Of a stretch of DNA of 13,990 nucleotides, positions 9,417-13,990 are shown in pieces (position 1 is the first letter of the stretch; each line of letters starts with the position of its first letter). The stretch is taken from positions 1 through 13,990 of the forward strand of contig JBJTQJ010000068.1 in NCBI GenBank assembly GCA_046075565.1. Reading direction: 5' to 3'. The DNA comes from Verrucomicrobiales bacterium (lineage in GTDB: Bacteria > Verrucomicrobiota > Verrucomicrobiia > Verrucomicrobiales > SLCJ01). The notes beneath the pieces were generated by a model. The model saw only the letters and a list, made by a program, of their open reading frames with translations. It did not search any database and was not told the DNA's origin. Made by a program: the position numbers and the translations under genes.

Positions 9417-9656
9417 GATTGACGATTGGCGATTGAAGATTTCCGATTTCGTGAAAAACCGGAGGTGCCAAGGAGAAGCACGCAGAAATTCGTCAATCCT
9501 CCGTGCGGAGCATGACCCTGCATCGCTCGGCGATGTCTTCCCCGTTGGAGTTCGGGCTTCAGCCCGCACTGCAGTTTCCCTGACGATTGAAGACTGCCAA
9601 TTGCAGATTTTCGATTTCCTGAAGCCACTGAATAGCCGAGGAGCAACACACAGAAA
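9417..9656 (+). repeat. Two imperfect 72-bp direct repeats, each starting with five GATT-type heptamers
   Basis: 9417-9488 and 9585-9656 align without gaps (53/72 identical by manual count), period 168 bp. Confidence 0.75.
9537..9566 (+). repeat. REP-like 30-bp element, copy 1
   Basis: CTTCCCCGTTGGAGTTCGGGCTTCAGCCCG with hairpin CGGGCT-TC-AGCCCG; identical to 10065-10094. Confidence 0.8.
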
Positions 9657-9678
9657 ATATTAACCTTAAAGGAAGATG

Positions 9679-9799
9679 AACCACGGATAAAACACGGATA
9701 CTCAGAGACCTCGGTGACCCTGGAGTTCTCACCCGGAGGGCGGGAATCAACTTCTTCATAATCCATTCATAATCCGTGGATTCCGTGGCATCCGTGGTT
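9679..9799. repeat. MITE-like element with tandem CACGGAT / ATCCGTG inverted arms
   Basis: Left AACCACGGATAAAACACGGAT; right ATCCGTGGATTCCGTGGCATCCGTGGTT; 10-bp perfect terminal inverted repeat. Confidence 0.78.
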
Positions 9800-9819
9800 A
9801 CCCATTTCCGAGTCCAGCT

Positions 9820-10094
9820 ATGCACCCCGCCCAATTCCCGCCTCCAAAGCCATCGCGTAGAACCTCTTGGAACGCCCCGTGGCAATTCCAATAATGCGTC
9901 CGGGCCGTCGCGTGGTTCGCCCTCGATACCCTGCACCTGCCCTGGGTCGCTGCCTTCGATTGGAGCGCCCTCGCCGAATCCGCCCAACCGCTGGAACCCG
10001 ACCACCGAACCCTCGGCCGCGAGACCATCCTCGTGGCAGCCAACCTCCCAGCCGCCCCCACCTACTTCCCCGTTGGAGTTCGGGCTTCAGCCCG
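9820..10094 (+). pseudogene. Out-of-frame remnant of the IntI N-terminal extension
   Basis: Frame +1 reads PWQFQ*CVRAVAWFALDTLHLPWVAAFDWSALAESAQPLEPDHRTLGRE with TAA at 9892-9894. This is protein-like and resembles extensions of long IntIs (from recollection), while the IntI core is in frame +3. Confidence 0.6.
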
Positions 10095-11057
10095 TCCCGC
10101 ATCTGCGAGGAAATCCGCCGCGCCGCACGTCTCGGTGGCTTGGCCTACGAGACGGAAAAAACCTACGTCCACTGGAACACCCGCTTCACCCGCTTCTGCC
10201 TGGCCAAACTGCACCAAACCCCGCAAGCCGCCTGTCCACCCGCAATCACCGCCTACCTCGATTTCCTCGCCCTCGAACGCCGGGTCTCCATTTCTACTCA
10301 AAAACAGGCCCTCAACGCCATGGTCTTCCTCACCCGGCAGGTCTTCGGTATCGCGGAATTCAAATTGGAAAAGTCTGCCCTCGGCTACACCAGCCGCCGC
10401 CCTCCCAACGTGCTTACCCGCGAGGAAGTCCGCACCATCCTTGGGTATCTGGAACGCCCCTGGAAGTTGGCCGCCCAACTCATGTATGGCTCGGGTTTGC
10501 GGCTCATGGAAGCCATGCGCTTGCGCGTCAGAGACATCGACTTCGGCCAAGGAACCATCACCGTCCACGACGGAAAGGGGGCCAAACACCGTGTGGTGAC
10601 CCTGCCGCGTGCCCTGGAAAACGTCCTCCGTGAACACCTGGCCAAGGTAAAAGAAAACCACCAGCAAGACCTCGCGGGCGGCGGGGGCGAGGTCCATCTC
10701 CCGGAATCCCTCGGCCGGAAATTTCCCAACGCCTGTCGGGAATGGCCCTGGCAATGGATTTTTCCCGCTGCCACCCTCTGCGCCCACCCCAGGAACGGCC
10801 GGATCGCCCGCTATCACCTCCATGATGCCTCCATGCAGCGCCAAATGGCGGTCGCTGTCCGCAAGTCCGGCCTCAACAAACGGGCGACCTGCCACACTCT
10901 CCGCCATAGCTTCGCAACACACCTCCTGGAAAGCGGCGTCGATATCCGCACCGTCCAGGATTTACTTGGCCATTCGGATGTCTCGACCACGATGATTTAT
11001 CTCCATGTCATGAAACGCCCGGGGGCTGGAGGGCCCAGCCCATTGGATCTAGTGTGA
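9867..11057 (+). CDS. intI: Integron integrase (tyrosine recombinase); core from ~10095 intact, 5' end probably disrupted and start uncertain
   Basis: SAM-like N-domain (TEKTYVHW, STQKQALNA); catalytic GLR, K, HTLRH, LGH, TTMIY; IntI-specific insertion (LPESLGRKFPNACREWPWQWIFPA...RYHLHDASMQR); adjacent attC array. Confidence 0.93.
   Translation: MERPVAIPIMRPGRRVVRPRYPAPALGRCLRLERPRRIRPTAGTRPPNPRPRDHPRGSQPPSRPHLLPRWSSGFSPSRICEEIRRAARLGGLAYETEKTYVHWNTRFTRFCLAKLHQTPQAACPPAITAYLDFLALERRVSISTQKQALNAMVFLTRQVFGIAEFKLEKSALGYTSRRPPNVLTREEVRTILGYLERPWKLAAQLMYGSGLRLMEAMRLRVRDIDFGQGTITVHDGKGAKHRVVTLPRALENVLREHLAKVKENHQQDLAGGGGEVHLPESLGRKFPNACREWPWQWIFPAATLCAHPRNGRIARYHLHDASMQRQMAVAVRKSGLNKRATCHTLRHSFATHLLESGVDIRTVQDLLGHSDVSTTMIYLHVMKRPGAGGPSPLDLV
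10065..10094 (+). repeat. REP-like 30-bp element, copy 2, at the frameshift junction of intI
   Basis: Exact copy of 9537-9566. Confidence 0.8.
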
Positions 11058-11094
11058 TTTGTTCAGCGTTAAGCCAATCTATACGCATTATTTC

Positions 11095-11122
11095 TTGCCA
11101 TGGAGGCGCGTGAGGACATAAT
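11095..11122 (+). promoter_or_regulatory. Candidate cassette promoter Pc
   Basis: TTGCCA (11095-11100), 16 bp, CATAAT (11117-11122), pointing toward attI and the first cassette. Confidence 0.55.
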
Positions 11123-11178
11123 GACTTTATGAACCCCCAACGCCGGGATCTGCACTTCCGGGCTGGCTTTGTAGGTAT

Positions 11179-11238
11179 TATGTCGCCGGCGACATATCTC
11201 CTGCAAATGTCGCCGGCGACTCAATGAATCTGTTCGGC
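11179..11238 (+). other. attI region, crossover G11232/T11233
   Basis: GTTCGGC (11232-11238) is the exact complement of the first attC R'' (GCCGAAC), with no attC architecture on its left. It is preceded by two copies of ATGTCGCCGGCGAC. Confidence 0.75.
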
Positions 11239-11258
11239 TAAGATTCGAAGCCACCAGC

Positions 11259-11891
11259 ATGGATCACAATAAGATCATCTCGAGCATCGCCAAGGAGGTA
11301 TTGTCCCCACTCGGTCTGAAACGCCAAGGAAAGCGATTTTGGTATGATGATCACGGTTGGTTCGCCATAGTGGTGGAGTTTCAACCAAGCTCGTCGGACA
11401 AGGGAAGCTATCTGAATGTAGGCATCTCGTTCATGTTCTACGAGAATGCTTTCTGGACTTTCGATCTCGGCTATCGAGAAGAGTCTTTTGTGAGCGCTAA
11501 ATCAGAGGACCAGTTCACTGGAGCTTTCCGGCGGATCGTGGATGCTGCGGCCCGCTCTGTCATTAGGTATAGGGAGCTAGCGGCATCTCCCGTAGAACTC
11601 TCTGACGCGATTACGAAGCCACTCACGCACCCAGGAGACTGGGGGCACTACCACGCAGGCATTCTGGCGGGACTCGCCGGACGCATTGAAGACGCGCGGT
11701 TTCATCTATCCTTGCTAGCGCAAGTTCCATGCACCTATGCATGGGAGCATGGTCGTCGTATTCGGTGCCTTGAGCTTCTACAGAGGCTTGACGCCCCAGA
11801 GAAATTCCGTGAGTCCTTGCTCGGCATCATTATGAGGTGTCGAGCCGCTAGATTGCCGGCAGTTGACTCGAATCTGACCCAACTACCGTGA
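11259..11891 (+). CDS. Cassette 1 hypothetical protein (DUF4304-like N-terminus)
   Basis: 210-aa ORF filling cassette 1. The N-terminal LSPLGLKRQGK..W..VEFQ..S...YLNVG pattern is reminiscent of DUF4304; function unknown. Confidence 0.8.
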   Translation: MDHNKIISSIAKEVLSPLGLKRQGKRFWYDDHGWFAIVVEFQPSSSDKGSYLNVGISFMFYENAFWTFDLGYREESFVSAKSEDQFTGAFRRIVDAAARSVIRYRELAASPVELSDAITKPLTHPGDWGHYHAGILAGLAGRIEDARFHLSLLAQVPCTYAWEHGRRIRCLELLQRLDAPEKFRESLLGIIMRCRAARLPAVDSNLTQLP

Positions 11892-11898
11892 ACAAAAA

Positions 11899-11991
11899 GC
11901 CGAACAAAACGGATGCAGGCAACGGCTCGAAGGCTATCTGTCGTGTCAGCAACGTCTTGCGCTCGCCGTCGCCTGATCCGAGACGTTCTCC
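11899..11991 (+). other. attC site 1 (93 bp)
   Basis: R'' GCCGAAC, 5 bp, L'' GGATGCAG (one extra base) ... L' CTGATCC, 5 bp, R' GTTCTCC. Confidence 0.92.
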
Positions 11992-12014
11992 AATAACCAA
12001 AGAAATTTAGCAAC

Positions 12015-12043
12015 TAGACTTTTCCCGAATTCGAGACTATAAT
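12015..12043 (+). promoter_or_regulatory. Internal sigma70 promoter of the RelBE cassette
   Basis: TAGACT, 17 bp, TATAAT; the ATG follows 6 bp later. Confidence 0.75.
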
Positions 12044-12049
12044 CGCCCC

Positions 12050-12238
12050 ATGACTACACAATTCCTTACAGACGAACGAGGAGCGAAAGTAGCTGTGGTA
12101 ATTCCTATTGCCGATTACGATGCTCTCATGGAGGACGTTGCTGATTTGGCATGTGTGGCTGAACGGCGAGATGACGAGCGTGTCTCTTTTGAGGAAGTCA
12201 GAAAGCAATTGATCGCCGATGGACTGTTACCGAATTGA
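12050..12238 (+). CDS. Type II antitoxin (RelB/Phd-like) partner of RelE
   Basis: 62 aa, acidic (GAKVAVVIPIADYDALMEDVADL...VSFEEV), overlapping the toxin start. Confidence 0.85.
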   Translation: MTTQFLTDERGAKVAVVIPIADYDALMEDVADLACVAERRDDERVSFEEVRKQLIADGLLPN

Positions 12239-12479
12239 ATTTACTCGTTCGGCGACCAAGGATTTGCGTGCGATTGATCGTCAGTGGATTCCGGGAATCA
12301 TTTCAACGGTTGAATCACGAGCTGATGATCCAATGCCATCAGGATGCAAGAAGCTTGTAGGATCTGATTACACTTACCGGATTAGGGTTGGTGATTATCG
12401 AATCGTATATGACATTCACAATGTCAAACTTGTTGTTTCCATCATCCGTGTAAGACATCGTCGAGATGTTTACAGATAA
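12219..12479 (+). CDS. relE: RelE/StbE-family type II toxin
   Basis: YRIEFTRSATKDL..., GCKKLVG, YRIRVGDYRIVY, HRRDVYR. Confidence 0.93.
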   Translation: MDCYRIEFTRSATKDLRAIDRQWIPGIISTVESRADDPMPSGCKKLVGSDYTYRIRVGDYRIVYDIHNVKLVVSIIRVRHRRDVYR

Positions 12480-12484
12480 TAAAC

Positions 12485-12611
12485 GGAGAACAAGCCGCGT
12501 CATCCAACCACTAGGAGCCGTTCAATTTCCATGTCTTCCCTTAACTACAACCTCAACCCCGCGATCCAAACCCGCCCCCGCTCCTAGTGGTGGATGTGCT
12601 ATTCGTTATCC
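12485..12611 (+). other. attC site 2 (127 bp)
   Basis: R'' GGAGAAC, 5 bp, L'' GCGTCATC, stem CCACTAGGAGC/GCTCCTAGTGG, L' GATGTGC, 5 bp, R' GTTATCC. Confidence 0.92.
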
Positions 12612-12626
12612 AAGAAAAATCAGATC

Positions 12627-12654
12627 TTGACGCGGTATCGTTTTGTGATACTAT
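12627..12654 (+). promoter_or_regulatory. Internal promoter of the HicAB cassette with overlapping inverted repeat (probable HicB operator)
   Basis: TTGACG, 16 bp, TACTAT with extended -10 TG; GTATC-N7-GATAC at 12635-12651; the GTG start follows 6 bp after the -10. Confidence 0.75.
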
Positions 12655-12660
12655 GTCTGC

Positions 12661-12915
12661 GTGAATAGCCGTCAACGCAAGACACTTGAATCGATCTTCA
12701 AGGATCCCGTCTCAGCGAATATCGTTTGGAAGGACATTGAGTCCCTGCTGAACGCGTTGGGATTTGAGATCACCGAAGGCAGTGGTTCGCCAGTTCGTCT
12801 CGCTCTCAACGGTATTCGCGCTGTGTTTCATCGTCCCCATCCCGATCCGAAGACTGATCGAGGCGCAGTGAAGTCGATGAGGCGATTTTTAACCGAAGCA
12901 GGAATACAACCATGA
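12661..12915 (+). CDS. hicA: HicA-family toxin (mRNA interferase)
   Basis: 84 aa, WKDIESLL..LG..EGSGS....FHRPHP; ATGA overlap with hicB. Confidence 0.93.
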   Translation: MNSRQRKTLESIFKDPVSANIVWKDIESLLNALGFEITEGSGSPVRLALNGIRAVFHRPHPDPKTDRGAVKSMRRFLTEAGIQP

Positions 12916-13244
12916 TGACTTACAAAGGATACCACGGCACCGTCACGTTCGACGAAGACGCAGACACTTTTCACGGAGAGGTCACGGATCTCAGGGATGT
13001 TGTTACGTTCCAAGGGAGGAGCGTGGATGAACTCAAGGCCGCCTTTCACGAATCGATTGACGACTATTTAGAGTTTTGTGCCGAGCGTGGCGAAGAGCCG
13101 GATCGCCCATACTCAGGGAATTTTGTTCTTCGCATTGATCCACAACTTCACCGCAAGCTAGCAGCTCTCAGTCAGGAAGAGGGTTCGAGCCTCAATCGTT
13201 GGGTCGAATCGAAACTGGCAACACTAGCAAACCAAAGAGGATAA
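12912..13244 (+). CDS. hicB: HicB-family antitoxin
   Basis: MTYKGY.G...FHGEV..LRDVVTFQG..VDEL..AF.ESIDDYL and a C-terminal RHH (SGNFVLRIDPQLHRKL..SLN). Confidence 0.95.
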   Translation: MMTYKGYHGTVTFDEDADTFHGEVTDLRDVVTFQGRSVDELKAAFHESIDDYLEFCAERGEEPDRPYSGNFVLRIDPQLHRKLAALSQEEGSSLNRWVESKLATLANQRG

Positions 13245-13325
13245 CAAGTCGGATATGGCGACGCCGAGCAAGCCGTCTGATCAAATCGGAATCCATCCCA
13301 GCGCGCCATTCCTCTATCGTTCTGC
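13239..13325 (+). other. attC site 3 (87 bp)
   Basis: R'' GGATAAC (contains the hicB stop), 5 bp, L'' GGATATGG ... L' CCATTCC, 6 bp, R' GTTCTGC. Confidence 0.9.
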
Positions 13326-13354
13326 AAAAATAAATACAACAAACCAAAAACACC

Positions 13355-13732
13355 AGGGGATTAATCAATGCAATATTCGGAACTGCCTCACAAATTGAGC
13401 CAAAAGAACTTGCTGCTGAGTTCGGACCAATACTTGTCGAAGGAGAAGAAATTACTGGCGCTTTCAAAGTCGTAAGAGATTTATTTGTATTCACCCAATG
13501 CAGACTAATCCTTGCGGACAAGCAAGGAATCACTGGTAAGAAGGTTGAATATCACTCGATACCATACAAATCCATTAGCCAATTCTCTGTTGAGACTGTT
13601 GGACACTTTGATATGGATGCAGAACTAAAGATTTACATCTCAAGTAATCCACTCCCCTTGAAGAAGGAATTTAAGAAGGGAACAGATATTATCCAGATAC
13701 AGAAACTTCTCGCAACGTACATAATGCAATAG
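13355..13732 (+). pseudogene. Cassette 4 bacterial pleckstrin-homology (bPH_1-like) protein gene with AGG at the expected start
   Basis: Manual translation: (R)GLINAIFGTASQIEPKELAAEFGPILVEGEEITGAFKVVRDLFVFTQCRLILADKQGITGKKVEYHSIPYKSISQFSVETVGHFDMDAELKIYISS...LATYIMQ*. 125 open codons; in-frame TAA at 13331; no ATG/GTG/TTG near the 5' end. Confidence 0.85.
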
Positions 13733-13734
13733 AA

Positions 13735-13797
13735 GCAGAACAATAAAGGGTATGTTGTCGCGGAGCGAAGCGGAGCCGACAAACATGCCCATGGTTG
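13735..13797 (+). other. attC site 4 (atypical spacing), R' interrupted by IS
   Basis: R'' GCAGAAC; stem GGGTATGTTGTCG / CGACAAACATGCCC; GTT at 13794-13796 followed almost immediately by the IS end. Confidence 0.75.
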
Positions 13798-13990
13798 TGT
13801 AGGCTCCCCTTGAAATGATCCAAGATGGAAGTAGAGACTTATTGGTCGGACAACCCGAACCAAAACATGAAGAAGAGCAAATACACGGAGAGCCAAATCG
13901 TAGCGATCCTCAAACAATCCGATGCCGGGATGAAGGTGGCCGAGGTTTGCCGCCAGCACGGCATCAGCCAGCCGACCTACTACAGCTGGA
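13798..13990 (+). mobile_element. IS3-family insertion sequence, left end (truncated by the window)
   Basis: TG-initiated end (TGTAGGCTCCCCTTGAAATGATCCA...) about 70 bp upstream of an OrfA; the exact first base is uncertain by 2 bp. Confidence 0.85.
13867..13990 (+). CDS. IS3-family transposase OrfA (HTH), partial
   Basis: MKKSKYTESQIVAILKQSDAGMKVAEVCRQHGISQPTYYSW, a typical IS407-group-like OrfA N-terminus. Not in the ORF track. Confidence 0.92.
   Translation, partial: MKKSKYTESQIVAILKQSDAGMKVAEVCRQHGISQPTYYSW

Larger units (their letters stand above)
11233..13797 (+). mobile_element. Integron gene-cassette array, 4 cassettes visible (11233-11985, 11986-12605, 12606-13319, 13320-13794)
   Basis: Each cassette's 5' core is the perfect complement of its own 3' inverse core: GTTCGGC/GCCGAAC, GTTCTCC/GGAGAAC, GTTATCC/GGATAAC, GTTCTGC/GCAGAAC. 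The array is visibly more AT-rich than the backbone. Confidence 0.93.

Noticed and set aside
9384-9800. CRISPR array
   Set aside because: The repeats are heterogeneous with only two copies each, there are no regular spacers, and no cas genes are present.
9776-10922. Long overlapping ORFs 9776-10633 (+), 10062-10922 (-) and similar shadow ORFs over mnmG, SDR, nadC and the fucosidase
   Set aside because: These are alternate-frame or antisense ORFs typical of high-GC DNA, with no recognisable motifs.
11111-11137. Chromosomal dif site
   Set aside because: The spacer is 5 bp rather than 6, the XerD arm lacks GTTAAAT, and the parS sites imply an origin-proximal location.
13192-13959. Minus-strand ORFs 13192-13533 and 13633-13959
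   Set aside because: They span attC sites and lie antisense to the PH-domain gene and IS3 orfA, which explain the region better.

Overview
GC-rich bacterial chromosomal window; gene content and style suggest Verrucomicrobiota (inference only). The left ~9.4 kb is mostly housekeeping: partial glycerate kinase, secreted metallophosphoesterase, mnmG, DUF3147 protein, long atypical SDR, degenerate GxxExxY protein, pilin-like protein, nadC and a GH29 alpha-L-fucosidase. Two perfect parS palindromes, one inside mnmG, point to an origin-proximal location. A mosaic of short repeats (9.4-9.8 kb) precedes an integron integrase whose catalytic core is intact but whose 5' extension carries a stop and a frameshift. 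The integron is of the 'reverse' type: the candidate Pc, attI and the cassette array lie downstream of intI on the same strand. Four cassettes can be delimited to the base: a hypothetical protein, a RelBE-type TA pair, a HicAB TA pair, and a bacterial PH-domain gene with AGG where ATG is expected (absent from the ORF track). An IS3-family element begins within the last attC core site and runs off the window.
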